DNA of 64,000 nucleotides, taken from positions 1 to 64,000 of IMG/VR virus record IMGVR_UViG_3300037722_000409. One strand, written 5' to 3'. The position numbers and the translations under genes are program-made. Positions within the stretch are counted from its first letter, which is position 1. Each line of letters begins with the position of its first letter. The notes under the pieces were generated by a model. The model was given only the letters and a program-made list of their open reading frames with translations. It made no database searches and had not been told where the DNA came from. Positions 1-10,491 of the stretch are shown here, piece after piece. The DNA comes from a virus.

Positions 1-39
1 CAGAACTGAGTGAGTGGAACTAGCAAGGAGATTATACTA

Positions 40-3000
40 ATGGCTCGTTTCTCAAAAGTAGAGTTTAACAATCTGGGCCGCGGTTGGATAGAGGAGGTAG
101 CTCTTCGCTCCTTCGTATACGAGGCCTCGTTGTTCGGGTTCATACGCCGGGTCACGTTCATGGTGGGTAACAACGTCAATAACACACCGGTGATGATTAG
201 CGGAACAACCACAGGGGGAACCGCCACCACGTTAACCGACTCAGCGGCCGAGTTCACCCGCCTGCACCTGCAGCCCGGCGATATAGTGACCAACGTTACA
301 GACACCTCGACGTGGGAGATAGTTACCGTCGACAGCGCGACCCAACTCACGGTGCAGTTGGTAGACGGCTCAGGCACGTGGACTTCGTCGGAGGTTTACA
401 GTATTGAGGCCCGGAACCCGGAGGACATCTATATTCCGTTCTCCACTGAGGTCCGGGTGACTGGGCGTGATATAAGCAAGCTCATCTTCACCGGGGTGGT
501 GCAGGAAATAATTCCTGAGGGGGAATTTGACCTGAAGGTGATAGCTGTGGCCCGCGACTCCGAGCTACGAGATGGCGCTCCTCAGACCGACGCGGCCGAA
601 TTGGCGGCCCACTCCCACATCATACAGGACGCGATAGACGACACCGACGCCGCTGGGCAGTGGTTGTTCCCCTTGATATCGAGCTTCGAGGGCGAGCCGG
701 GATTAGATCACTCCCCTAACCTCAACCAAGTTAAGCCCGACTTTAGCAAGAACGCCCGCAATGCTCTGCCGCAGTTCATAGACCTGGCCAAGTCTGACAA
801 CTGGTGCCCCGACTTGTTGAGGGAGCCAACCTTGCCGACAGCGGCCAGCACCTTTGACACAAACGACTCAGAGTCTGAGCTAGCACCCGACGCCCAGGGA
901 AGCCTAGCCCAGAGCTTCCAAGTCGCCACCCACCATTTATTGAGTAAGATGGGCCTGCGCCTCAAGCTTATAGAAGGGGTGGGGACCGTGACCGGTAACG
1001 TGTACATACGCATAGAGGCCAACGACCTCAGCGGTGACTCGGCTGGGTCCGGGTTGGACATACCGAGTGGGGAGCTGCTGACTCCGTGGGCCGAGTCCAA
1101 TCTGGTGAACATACAGAACATCTCTGACGAGGCTAGCGGTGACGAGGTGCAGTTCTTGTTTGATCGTCCCGTAGCTCTACGTCCAGACACCCGCTATTGG
1201 ATCGTACTGCAGTATCAAGAAAACAACGTAACTGGGTACGACGCGGGAGTTGACTACGTGTCCTGGCGCACCGATAGTGCCGCCGGCTACGCTAATGGGT
1301 ACGCAGCCGACTACGGATCCAACGTTTGGGTGACTGATAACACTATAGACCGTAATTTCGCGGTGTACGAGCACACCGACGCCGTGTGGTACTACGACGT
1401 CGGAACTGACGCGTGGACCAACAACACTACTGAAGCGCTGGCAACCGACGCCAGCACGTTTAGCTGGATGGGGGCGGGATCGGACGACCGGGTCTACATA
1501 CGCACGGCGGGCCCCATATACGGGCTCGACCTTGTGCTGGTGACCACCTTTGCAAGCCCAGAATACGGGGCGTTTACCGTAAGGTACTACGGGGACAACG
1601 GCGCGAAGGTCACGGGGTTCCATACCGGGGGCAGCTCCACAACTGTGCTTACAGATGCTAACATGGACTTCCGACGCACCGGGGTAGTGGTCGGTGACGT
1701 GATCCACCACCTCACCGATGACTCATACTCAGTGATCACGGCGATCAGTCAAACTACTCTGACAATGAGCACGCTAAATGGTGGGACTGACGACACGTGG
1801 ACCACTGGGGACGCGTACGCTGTGTTAAACTTAGAGCTACGAGACTCAGGGGCGGCCACTAGCGGTGATAACGACACCTTAAATGACACAGGGGCTGACT
1901 GGGGTAACGACGGCGTTAGAGAAGGTGACCTAGTAGTAAATGTAACAGATAGCCAAGTAGCTGTCGTCACAGCGTACTCAGCTTTCAGTATAGAAGCTAC
2001 TGGTGGGACGCTGTCGTTCGGGGCGTCCGACGAGTATAAGATATTAAGCCGCTGGCGCACGCTGGTCTTAAAAGACACTGAGCCTTCATTTATGGCCGCG
2101 GGCACGGTGCGGCTAGAGTGGGTTATACCAGCTGACTGGGTGCCCACGTTTATAGAGGCCGGTAATCCCGAGGCATCGAGCTCGGGGTTTACTGACGTAG
2201 ATGACATGCGGGGCTTTTGGATCTCCGTTCAGTGTGATAGCATTCCAGCCCAGCGTGCGCTGGTAGACGAAGTCGTGCCTCTGCCTGGCTCTGGTTTCGT
2301 GCTGACCGTCACTGATCAAACCCACGAGGACGTGGTAGTGGCCGCTGGCAGCGTTCATGATGGCGGCGATGATGCCGCTTCGCTTACCGACACCTCCGTT
2401 AATTTCATAGCTGACCACGGGGTGCTCATAGGCGACATAGTAGAGAACTTTACCGACGGCTCGCGCGCTACCATCACGGCGATAACCTCTACAACTGCTG
2501 GTCTGTATAACACCTTAGTGGGTGTTTTGTCGGGCGGGGCAGACAACGACTGGGACGACGACGATAAATACCGAGTATTGAGGGCACGCTACAGAGTTAG
2601 GTACTCCCGAAACGGGGCCCGCCCGTACGGTCTACCCGCCAACTTTGGTCTGACCTACCGCCAGGGATCGGGGTCGTTTAAGCAGATGAAACCCCTAAGA
2701 GACTGGTCGTTCTCCAAGTCCACGCGGTCCTCGGTGAACCGAGTAGCGGTGGTAGGTAGAAGCGCAGCGGGAGCGGCGGTACTCGGCTCGGCTAATAACC
2801 TGCAGGCTCAGCGCAATTTCAAGCGGGTGATATCTCGCACCATAGTAGACTACAGTCTCAAGACCACCACCGAGGCGTCAGACCGCGCCGCTACAGAACT
2901 GTCCCGGCTAAGCGGGGCCGCTGAGCGAGGAAACGTGTACGTGTGGAGCCTACCGTTCTTCACCCGTACCCGGGAGCGCCAGTCCTGGACCAACAGCGGC

Positions 3001-3519
3001 TTCGGGCTAGCCTCCAGGCTAGATGATGCCGGACTGTCAGTGTACCTGCACGACACTGGGGCCAGCAATGCCTTCTTGACCGACACGTCCATAAACTTCG
3101 CTAAATGGAACGTGGAGGCTGGGGACCTGGTTACCAACGTCACCGACGGATCGTCGGCCATAGTTACGTCGGTGAGCACCACCACCAACGAGAGCGACTC
3201 TGTCAATGGCGCCCTCACCGGCGGCTCTGACAATGACTGGGACGTAGGTGACGAGTACAGGATAGAGGAGCGCACGTACGTCCAGCCCGGAGACCTAATA
3301 CAGGTGAAGGTCGACGACGAGGACGACTACGTAGACGCCGACTACATAGTGACAGGGATCAGGTACTCCGAGCCCGAGTTCAGGTGCGTGCTTCGCATCT
3401 CCAAGAACCTGACGTCCCCCACGGTCGACGACCAGCAGACCCAGGCTGAGATCGACACCAAGACCCGGGACGTGGCCAACGCGGCGGCACAGAGGGCCAG
3501 CTACAACGACGGAGCTTAG
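40..3519 (+). CDS. Virion tail tip / baseplate hub (Tal-like) protein with five inserted ~70-aa beta repeats
   Basis: ATG at 40 follows AAGGAG. C-terminal hub-like segment (VNRVAVVG...EASDRAATEL...PGDLIQV...YIVTGIRYS). Repeats LTD..GD.V.N.TD.S...GG.DNDW..GD.Y; Thr/Asp/Gly-rich. Confidence 0.6.
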   Translation: MARFSKVEFNNLGRGWIEEVALRSFVYEASLFGFIRRVTFMVGNNVNNTPVMISGTTTGGTATTLTDSAAEFTRLHLQPGDIVTNVTDTSTWEIVTVDSATQLTVQLVDGSGTWTSSEVYSIEARNPEDIYIPFSTEVRVTGRDISKLIFTGVVQEIIPEGEFDLKVIAVARDSELRDGAPQTDAAELAAHSHIIQDAIDDTDAAGQWLFPLISSFEGEPGLDHSPNLNQVKPDFSKNARNALPQFIDLAKSDNWCPDLLREPTLPTAASTFDTNDSESELAPDAQGSLAQSFQVATHHLLSKMGLRLKLIEGVGTVTGNVYIRIEANDLSGDSAGSGLDIPSGELLTPWAESNLVNIQNISDEASGDEVQFLFDRPVALRPDTRYWIVLQYQENNVTGYDAGVDYVSWRTDSAAGYANGYAADYGSNVWVTDNTIDRNFAVYEHTDAVWYYDVGTDAWTNNTTEALATDASTFSWMGAGSDDRVYIRTAGPIYGLDLVLVTTFASPEYGAFTVRYYGDNGAKVTGFHTGGSSTTVLTDANMDFRRTGVVVGDVIHHLTDDSYSVITAISQTTLTMSTLNGGTDDTWTTGDAYAVLNLELRDSGAATSGDNDTLNDTGADWGNDGVREGDLVVNVTDSQVAVVTAYSAFSIEATGGTLSFGASDEYKILSRWRTLVLKDTEPSFMAAGTVRLEWVIPADWVPTFIEAGNPEASSSGFTDVDDMRGFWISVQCDSIPAQRALVDEVVPLPGSGFVLTVTDQTHEDVVVAAGSVHDGGDDAASLTDTSVNFIADHGVLIGDIVENFTDGSRATITAITSTTAGLYNTLVGVLSGGADNDWDDDDKYRVLRARYRVRYSRNGARPYGLPANFGLTYRQGSGSFKQMKPLRDWSFSKSTRSSVNRVAVVGRSAAGAAVLGSANNLQAQRNFKRVISRTIVDYSLKTTTEASDRAATELSRLSGAAERGNVYVWSLPFFTRTRERQSWTNSGFGLASRLDDAGLSVYLHDTGASNAFLTDTSINFAKWNVEAGDLVTNVTDGSSAIVTSVSTTTNESDSVNGALTGGSDNDWDVGDEYRIEERTYVQPGDLIQVKVDDEDDYVDADYIVTGIRYSEPEFRCVLRISKNLTSPTVDDQQTQAEIDTKTRDVANAAAQRASYNDGA

Positions 3520-3745
3520 GCCCTATAAACAAAGGAGGTGGGCTATGTCCCACTATCACGGCACCGTTGGGACCGCCTGTAAAGGTGAGCTCAAGGGGTA
3601 ACCTAGAGAGGGCTCGGCAGACGCTGCTGGGTCCTTTTAATTTTAAGCTATAAGTCAGAGCTATTATACCTGGCTATAACTGAGCTACTTCCTGAACAAT
3701 ATGTTCTATAATACTCAGCTAGGACGAAGGAGCACGAAGGGCGTG

Positions 3746-3796
3746 AAAAACTGTTACATTCCTGTTATATCTAATTGTCCCGGAAGGGTATACAAT
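3746..3796 (+). promoter_or_regulatory. Early promoter copy 1 with TGTTAC-N5-TGTTAT direct repeat and GGGTA-TACAAT -10
   Basis: AAAAACTGTTACATTCCTGTTA is shared with 39604 and, with variation, 43423. Confidence 0.65.
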
Positions 3797-3849
3797 TAAA
3801 AGGTAGCAAAAGACAACATGGAGGCTCCTAGTGTAACACCCCACCTAAA

Positions 3850-3963
3850 CATCGCGAGGGTCGCTCAGTACAGCCCTCCCAATAAACTGAGCCGGTGACA
3901 CCGAGATCGTCCGCGACCAAGGGAGCGTTAACCCGGGAGTTGGCAACCGATAGCCAGGACCTC
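3850..3963 (+). ncRNA. Structured RNA candidate, copy 1 (short, divergent; 5' H-type pseudoknot)
   Basis: GAGGG/CCCTC and GCTCAGT/ACTGAGC interleaved stems, CGGT-GAC-ACCG hairpin, conserved CGCGAC...GCGTTAAC. Confidence 0.6.
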
Positions 3964-3986
3964 AAATATAATATAGGAGGCGCGAC

Positions 3987-4217
3987 ATGCGCTACATCTT
4001 CGACATGGTAAACGACGACGGAAGTTTAGCCGCAGTGCTCGGGCAGCTAGCGATGGCTGGTCTGCAGGTTCGAGTGCTAAATATGGAAGGGCCCGGTGGG
4101 GGACACCCTGAGGTGGAGATCACCGGGGACCCGCTGCACGTTCAAGCTCTCATGATACCTCTGGGGTGGGACGACACCGACCTCTCCATCTTTGAGGCAG
4201 AGGACAGCGTAAGCTAG
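3987..4217 (+). CDS. Hypothetical protein
   Basis: ORF with AGGAGG RBS. Confidence 0.7.
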   Translation: MRYIFDMVNDDGSLAAVLGQLAMAGLQVRVLNMEGPGGGHPEVEITGDPLHVQALMIPLGWDDTDLSIFEAEDSVS

Positions 4218-4232
4218 GTAGGTACCTAGCTT
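4211..4232. other. Perfect inverted repeat AAGCTAGGTA-GG-TACCTAGCTT
   Basis: Seen in sequence between a stop codon and the next promoter motif. Confidence 0.5.
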
Positions 4233-4283
4233 CTGAGTACAATATCTCATAGCAAACCTACAAAACTTACGGAGGAACCAAAT

Positions 4284-5312
4284 ATGGCTCACAACCTTAC
4301 GGTCCGAGACAATGGTCAGGTTGAAATGGCGTACACCGGTAAGACCCCATGGCACAAGCTCGGAGTAGCGGTCGACCACCCCATGACCGCGGCCGAGGCC
4401 ATCGAGCAGGCCGGCCTTGACTGGGAGGTCATAGGCACCCCTGTCCGCTACATGGTCGACGACGCTCTTCACACGTACCCTGAGCGGCAGGTCCTGGTAC
4501 GAGCCGACAATAACTTCCCCCTGCAGACCTGCTCCAACAGCTACAAGATCGTTCAAAACCGTGAGGCCTTCAACTTCTTCGACGGGGTCGTCGGCGCTGG
4601 TGAAGCCGTCTACGAGACCGCTGGCTCGCTCAAGGGCGGCCGCCGCATCTGGATCATGGCAAAGCTGCCTGGTACCTTGGAGATCGGACGTGACGACCTA
4701 GTGGAAAAGTTCATCCTCCTCGCCAACTCCCACGACGGCTCCATGCAGGTAACCATGAAGCTGACGCCCATCCGCGTGGTCTGCGACAACACCTTGTCGG
4801 CAGCCATCGACGGACGCGACAAAGACCTTGAGGTACGGCTCCGTCACACCGGGAACATCTTGAACCGCATGGAGTCGACTCGCCGGGCCCTGGGACTCAC
4901 CGAGGCGTACTTCGCCCTGTTCGCCCAGAACGCCACCCGCATGACGGAGAAGAAGATCAGTGAGGCCAAGCTCAGGGACATGGCCGCCCAGGTCTTCCAG
5001 TTCAACCCCTACATCCTGGAAAAGGACGGAAAGGACTACTCCAAGCTGAAGCTGGCCTCAACCGACCGGGTGGTAGCCCTCTTCTCTGGTGACGGACTGG
5101 GCTCTGAGCTCCACACCAGCCGTGGCACCGTCTGGGGCGCCTACAACGCCTTTACCCAGTACATCGACAACGAGATAGGGGTCTCGGGCTCGCGAGGAAA
5201 GACCCCTGATAAGCTCGCAGTCGCCGACAACCGGCTCAACAGCACCTGGTTCGGCCGGGGACAGGAGATGCGGCAGGTCGCCTGGGACTCTGCCATGGCT
5301 CTGGTCTCCTAA
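4284..5312 (+). CDS. DUF932 (phage/plasmid-like TIGR03299) protein
   Basis: PWHKLG, AGLDWEV, YKIVQNREAF, ETAGSLKGGRRIW, NSHDGS, TPIRVVCDNT, RGTVWGAYNA motifs. Confidence 0.9.
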   Translation: MAHNLTVRDNGQVEMAYTGKTPWHKLGVAVDHPMTAAEAIEQAGLDWEVIGTPVRYMVDDALHTYPERQVLVRADNNFPLQTCSNSYKIVQNREAFNFFDGVVGAGEAVYETAGSLKGGRRIWIMAKLPGTLEIGRDDLVEKFILLANSHDGSMQVTMKLTPIRVVCDNTLSAAIDGRDKDLEVRLRHTGNILNRMESTRRALGLTEAYFALFAQNATRMTEKKISEAKLRDMAAQVFQFNPYILEKDGKDYSKLKLASTDRVVALFSGDGLGSELHTSRGTVWGAYNAFTQYIDNEIGVSGSRGKTPDKLAVADNRLNSTWFGRGQEMRQVAWDSAMALVS

Positions 5313-5380
5313 CCCAACAAGTTCAGGACCGCTGGTACGCTGGCGGCCCTGTTACCCAAAATATGAAAGGAGCCACAGCA

Positions 5381-6676
5381 ATGACAGTATTAGAATACCC
5401 GCTGAGCCCAAAATATATCCCCAATTGGACTATCGGTGAGGCTCTCCGAGAGCTCATCGCCAACGCCTTCGACATCGACGCCGCTCCCGACATTCGGTGG
5501 GAAAACGGCGCCGCCATAATAACCGACAATGGCCCTGGTATCCTCCGGTCTTTCTGGGTGATTGGTGAGGGTAACCACGGTGAGATTGGCCAGTTCGGTG
5601 AGGGTCTCAAGATGGCTATGCTGGTCCTGGCACGAGACGGCCGGTCCGCCTCCGTGACTACAGCAGGATACTCGGTAACCCCTGGCCTGTCCTACTCAGA
5701 GACCTATGGTTCAAAGGTTCTGACACTGACCAGCGAACCTAACGTCAGAGACAGGGGGACTGTGGTGCGCGTGGTCTGCACTAAAGCTGAGTTCAAAAGC
5801 GCCCACGACAGGTTCTTGAAGCTTCGTCCACGCCGCATGGCCCACAAAGAGTTGGGCATGCTAAAGGACGGGGGTCAACTCTATATAAATGGGGTCTACG
5901 CCTCAAAGCTGCCGGCGTTCTGGGGCTACAACATAACCGACAAGACCATGGCCAACAGAGACCGCACGGTACTGGACATGGGTGGGGTAAAGCGGCACAT
6001 CACTACCATGCTACTGAAAGTAGACAGCACGGCCATGATCACCGCGTTATTGAACGATCTGATCGTGCACCGAGAGACTCGAGGCGAACTGGCTGAGCAC
6101 AATGTGTACGGTAGGCCAGAGTACCCCAAAGTTTGGAAGGCGGCGTTTCGAAAAGTATTTGGGTTGAAGGCGTGCCTCAGTGGGGGACTGCAGGCGGACA
6201 ATTACATGCTGGACCTGGGATACACCGTTATCGGGTCTGGCACGTTGGGGTACTCACTCGCCTACTGCTTCTCGTCCTCAGGAGTTGAGACCTCTGACGA
6301 CTTGATCTCAACGATGAACAAAGACCTCAAATTCGACGTCATCGACGACCAGCTGACCCCGGAGGAAATGGACCGGTTAGACTTGGCCATTAGCACCGCC
6401 AAGCACCACACCCCGCGTTCAGACGTGCAGGAGACTCACGTAGTGGCAGCCTTTCCTAAATTTTTAGAAGTTGGCTGCAACGGTGTGTACTACAAAAAGG
6501 TGGCTTATATCAGCCGTGAGGTTCTCAACGGTGAGTGGGAAACTTTGCTGGGGGTCATGATACACGAGAGGATACATGGTGAGGGCTACGATGACGTGTC
6601 CCGAGACTTCGAGAACCGTATGACCGAGCTGATCGGGGTGTTGGCCGCCCATGGTGCTCCGCGTCCCAACAATTAG
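5381..6676 (+). CDS. GHKL/HATPase-fold ATPase with C-terminal HExxH zincin-like motif
   Basis: LRELIANAFD, DNGPG, IGQFGEGLK, GT.V motifs; HERIH near the C terminus. Confidence 0.7.
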   Translation: MTVLEYPLSPKYIPNWTIGEALRELIANAFDIDAAPDIRWENGAAIITDNGPGILRSFWVIGEGNHGEIGQFGEGLKMAMLVLARDGRSASVTTAGYSVTPGLSYSETYGSKVLTLTSEPNVRDRGTVVRVVCTKAEFKSAHDRFLKLRPRRMAHKELGMLKDGGQLYINGVYASKLPAFWGYNITDKTMANRDRTVLDMGGVKRHITTMLLKVDSTAMITALLNDLIVHRETRGELAEHNVYGRPEYPKVWKAAFRKVFGLKACLSGGLQADNYMLDLGYTVIGSGTLGYSLAYCFSSSGVETSDDLISTMNKDLKFDVIDDQLTPEEMDRLDLAISTAKHHTPRSDVQETHVVAAFPKFLEVGCNGVYYKKVAYISREVLNGEWETLLGVMIHERIHGEGYDDVSRDFENRMTELIGVLAAHGAPRPNN

Positions 6677-6717
6677 ACGGAGTACAATGTAAGGTTGGAT
6701 TAACGCGGAGGAAGCCC

Positions 6718-7083
6718 ATGACCATAGACTTGCACCTGAACCCGCTGGGAGAAAAGTTGGGTCCTTGCCCGTGCTGCCACGAGGCCAAGATCAAGACCTT
6801 CGGCCCTGAGACCAAGGGCCTCTCTAAGGCTTTTAAGGAGGGAGAACCCTTCTACCTCAAGCTCAAGAAAGAGACGCTATACGTCGACCGTTCAGGCCTC
6901 GCCTTTGCGGTCGACCCGGAGACCGGGTTCTACAAGACCCCACGGGGCTACGCAAAGAACCTGGTCGACCCCGGCACCGTTCCCCTCAAGCTGCGTGGGG
7001 GCCCCAAGACCACGAAGACCAAGAAGCTCAAGCTAACCCGGGTCAAGAGAATAAAGCGGCCACTGAAGACCAAGGAGGCCTAA
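6718..7083 (+). CDS. Hypothetical basic protein
   Basis: ORF with GGAGG RBS and upstream GAGTACAAT. Confidence 0.65.
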   Translation: MTIDLHLNPLGEKLGPCPCCHEAKIKTFGPETKGLSKAFKEGEPFYLKLKKETLYVDRSGLAFAVDPETGFYKTPRGYAKNLVDPGTVPLKLRGGPKTTKTKKLKLTRVKRIKRPLKTKEA

Positions 7084-7084
7084 A

Positions 7085-7558
7085 ATGGCATTGACGCCAG
7101 AAGAACTCCAAGAATACCAGAGTGAGCTGAACCAACTTGCGGACGAATGGACACTCGGTAACGACACGGTGTCTCAGGTCAAGGCACGTGAGGGAGCCAT
7201 CCGCAAGCGCATCATGACCATCGCCGATAAGTTCAACCCCTCACAACGGGTGGTCATGCAGGTGCCTGAGCTAAATCTGCAGTGGGACCGTCAGATCGCC
7301 AAGAAGGCTGGCACGGGTGACGTGAGCCTCGACCAGCTCGAGCGGATCCTGGGTCCCAAGAAGTTTCAAACCTTGTGCACCACCAGGACGGTGGCCTACA
7401 CCTTCGACATGGAGAAGTTTCTCGCCGCTCGTGCGTCTGGCGAGATCACGGACTCGGTGATAGCCGCAAGCACCGTGCCACAGGAATACACCTTCCGCCT
7501 AGCCCTCAGCAAGATCCCCAAGGTGGCGGTGGTCGAGGAAGACATCGAGGACGAGTAA
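7085..7558 (+). CDS. Hypothetical protein (coiled-coil N terminus)
   Basis: ORF with AAGGAGG RBS. Confidence 0.65.
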   Translation: MALTPEELQEYQSELNQLADEWTLGNDTVSQVKAREGAIRKRIMTIADKFNPSQRVVMQVPELNLQWDRQIAKKAGTGDVSLDQLERILGPKKFQTLCTTRTVAYTFDMEKFLAARASGEITDSVIAASTVPQEYTFRLALSKIPKVAVVEEDIEDE

Positions 7559-7571
7559 TCTGGAGAAGAAT

Positions 7572-8540
7572 ATGACGGTATTCACGGTATACACGGACGG
7601 GGCCACTCGCCCCACAAACCCAGGACCCTCTGGCTACGGCGCCGTTCTCTACGACGACGGAAAGCTGATCACCAAAGAGGGCGGATACCTCGGCGAGCTG
7701 TACTCTAACAATCAAGCTGAGTACGCGGGAATGCTGGCGGGCCTCCGCCTCGCCACCATGTTTCTGCACGCCAACGTCAAGGAGGTGATCATTCGAGCGG
7801 ACAGCTTGTTGGTCATCAACCAGATAATGGGAGTGTGGGCTTTGCGGGTGGCTAAGCTAGGCCCCTTGCACGCGGCTGCCGTGAAGGCCTTGTCTGACCT
7901 GCAGAAGTTAACACCGGTAAGACTGGAGCACGTGCGTGGCCACAAAGGGGAAGAGGGAAATGAGGCGGCTGACGCCCTGGCCGGCTTCGCTGTCGAGCAG
8001 CACCTTCCCGCCAGCCCCATGGTGATGAAGTTCGTCGAGCAGTCACGCGACAAGATCACCATCGTAAAGAAGGGACACGAGAAGCTAGAGGACCTCGTGC
8101 GTAGCACCTTTGGGGTACAAAGTTTTAAGCCGCTCCTTACCACTGACCAGAGGGCTGTGTTGAATCAACAAAAGGACGCGACCAGCGAGCTTGTGCTTCA
8201 GTTTCCACAGTTGATTATAGCCAAGGATGGTACAACGCACCTGTTGCTATTGGCCACTGGCTTTAAGATGCTGGCGCACCCCACCGATCCCCCACGCGCG
8301 GTGCGCACCATGGACCTCTCAGCGTTTAACACGGCGAAAAGACTGGCCTCCGCGGGGTATCAGATCTTGGTCGCCCACCGCCCCCACTCTAAAGACCGGT
8401 GGATGACGGACGTCGATCTTGGGTGGGGCGTAACTGGCGCTCCCGTGCCGCTAAAGATAGCATCCATAGACACCCTGAGCAACGGTAAGATCTTCGACAA
8501 AGATGGTTGGCCACCGTTTGTCCAAGTCAACGGTTTCTGA
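7572..8540 (+). CDS. rnhA: Ribonuclease HI domain plus unknown C-terminal domain
   Basis: YTDGA..NPGPSGYG, SNNQAEY, DSLLVINQ, HVRGHKG..GNEAADALA. Confidence 0.85.
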   Translation: MTVFTVYTDGATRPTNPGPSGYGAVLYDDGKLITKEGGYLGELYSNNQAEYAGMLAGLRLATMFLHANVKEVIIRADSLLVINQIMGVWALRVAKLGPLHAAAVKALSDLQKLTPVRLEHVRGHKGEEGNEAADALAGFAVEQHLPASPMVMKFVEQSRDKITIVKKGHEKLEDLVRSTFGVQSFKPLLTTDQRAVLNQQKDATSELVLQFPQLIIAKDGTTHLLLLATGFKMLAHPTDPPRAVRTMDLSAFNTAKRLASAGYQILVAHRPHSKDRWMTDVDLGWGVTGAPVPLKIASIDTLSNGKIFDKDGWPPFVQVNGF

Positions 8541-8559
8541 AAGACGAGTAGAATAAGCT

Positions 8560-9198
8560 ATGCCACTTAAGATCTCAAAATTGGTGAGCAAGATGACCCC
8601 GGCAGAACTGACCGAGTATCTGGTTCAGCACGCCGCCAAGGGTCCGTATACCCGCACCACCATAATGAAGGCGCCTCTTACTCGTGGGTTGAAGCGTCTT
8701 CTAGAGGGGTACGACAACAATCGGTACACCGTCGCTCTGATCATAGACCGCCTTCTCGAGGTTGGGTGGCCTGGGTCAGAGCGCGGGATCTCAGAGAGCA
8801 TGGTGACCATCGGGGTGTTTGACTACGCACTCCGCGATATGGGCGGAAGCCAGCAACCTTGGAAATACCTGTACTTTCGACGCTTTAGAGAGACTCTCGA
8901 AGAGCGTGAGTACTTCACCCACTACCTCGGCGTGTTGGAGGACTGTCAGGTTAGACTACTTGGCAGTCAGCCAGCAAGCTACCCAGAGGTGACTTGGCAG
9001 AGCAAGGAACGTGAGGCGCTAAAGTGCCTTGAGAATGCCGCCACGGTCATCGAGGAGAGACTAGACGCACAGGGAACCCTAACCGAGTGGCCCGTGCTCC
9101 CCGCTCGCCATATTGACGAGAGCTTGCACAGCTTTATACACGACCCAAAGCGCAGTAGCCTACTGCCCTCAAGGAGGGACGATGTTAGCACCCGCTGA
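8560..9198 (+). CDS. Hypothetical protein (possible helicase-loader partner)
   Basis: ORF directly upstream of DnaB; ATG 5 nt after GAGTAGAAT. Confidence 0.55.
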   Translation: MPLKISKLVSKMTPAELTEYLVQHAAKGPYTRTTIMKAPLTRGLKRLLEGYDNNRYTVALIIDRLLEVGWPGSERGISESMVTIGVFDYALRDMGGSQQPWKYLYFRRFRETLEEREYFTHYLGVLEDCQVRLLGSQPASYPEVTWQSKEREALKCLENAATVIEERLDAQGTLTEWPVLPARHIDESLHSFIHDPKRSSLLPSRRDDVSTR

Positions 9199-10489
9199 CG
9201 TGGAGATCAGAGTACTCTCCGCCATCACCAGCATGCACGACCTAGGACAGTTCCAAGAGTTCGGGCTCGACGAAAGCAGCTTTCTACTCTTCGGGGACGT
9301 CTACGCCTACATCGTGGAATATGCCCACACCTATCAAGATGTCCCGCGCAAAGAAGATATCGAGGTCCGGTTCAAAGACACCGACAGCGCACTTGAGCTT
9401 GAGGCGCCCGGCAACCTTGACTATTACCTCACCGCGCTGCACACGCTGGCTATGGCCCGCAACGTGCGCGATGTCATACGACGTCGTATCGGAGAACACG
9501 GCTCCAACATCGATCAAAACCCGGACGAGGCCGCCCGTCTAATCGCGCATGACCTAGGCGCTATCAATCACCGGCGCAGTCGAAATGTGGCCATGCTGGA
9601 CCGAGACGCCCTCTTCCGGCTGGCCGCCCTTAAAGAGAAGATCGAGGCCGCGGAAGCTGGAAAGATCATTGGTATTCCCACCGGCCTCAAGTGCTTCGAC
9701 GAGTACCAGGAGGGCTGGAAGCCAGGCGAAGGGATCATGCTTATCGGGCCAAAAGGCTCAGGCAAGTCCTGGATGCTGATGCACTTCGCAGTCACGGCCT
9801 ACCACGCGGGCTTTAAGGTCTTATTCTTCTCCCCTGAGATGTCATGGGAAGAGTGCGCCCTCCGGTTCGACGTCATGCTAGCCCGTAAGTACCACGCGCA
9901 GATGGTCACGCACACTCAGCTAAAGACCGGAGTGCAGGTTGACCTCGACGACTACCGCCGCTGGCTCGAGACGCTCACCGACCGCTCCGACTTCATGTGC
10001 GTCGACAGCGTGAGCGCGCAGGGCTTCACCCTCACGGGGATGTTAGCCATGATCAGCGAGTTCCAGCCAGACTTGGTCTGCCTCGACGGCATACACCTGG
10101 TCAAGGACGAGAAGGGGGACCAGCAGTGGCAAGTGATAAAGGACTGCGCTGACGGGTTTAAGAACGACGCTCAGCGCAACAAGAGGGTGGCCATCTGGGT
10201 AGGCCAGGTAGACCGCGAGGGCATGAAGAATCCCACCGAACCTGTAAACACAGGCGCCCAGGCGGCGTACAGCAAGGCGGCGGTGGAGGCGGCCAACAGG
10301 CTCATAACCATCGGGGCCGACTCAGACGATCCGTATCGTCGGGTGTTCAAGGTTCCGAACAACCGCTCAGGCCGCGAGTGGCACGAGAAGCAGACCTTGA
10401 TCTTCGAGGTTGACACCGGGCACATCGAGCAAGCCTCGGTTCAGCAGCCCTCAGCGTTCAATATGGCAGACTTTGAGGAGGAAATTTAA
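9182..10489 (+). CDS. dnaB: DnaB-like replicative helicase
   Basis: GIPTG, Walker A GPKGSGKS, FSPEMS, LVCLDGIHL; ATG at 9182 after AGGAGG. Confidence 0.9.
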   Translation: MLAPADVEIRVLSAITSMHDLGQFQEFGLDESSFLLFGDVYAYIVEYAHTYQDVPRKEDIEVRFKDTDSALELEAPGNLDYYLTALHTLAMARNVRDVIRRRIGEHGSNIDQNPDEAARLIAHDLGAINHRRSRNVAMLDRDALFRLAALKEKIEAAEAGKIIGIPTGLKCFDEYQEGWKPGEGIMLIGPKGSGKSWMLMHFAVTAYHAGFKVLFFSPEMSWEECALRFDVMLARKYHAQMVTHTQLKTGVQVDLDDYRRWLETLTDRSDFMCVDSVSAQGFTLTGMLAMISEFQPDLVCLDGIHLVKDEKGDQQWQVIKDCADGFKNDAQRNKRVAIWVGQVDREGMKNPTEPVNTGAQAAYSKAAVEAANRLITIGADSDDPYRRVFKVPNNRSGREWHEKQTLIFEVDTGHIEQASVQQPSAFNMADFEEEI

Positions 10490-10491
10490 CT

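Noticed and set aside
3545-3601. 18-codon ORF with a strong RBS after the tail gene
   Set aside because: Too short to support; may be a gene remnant.
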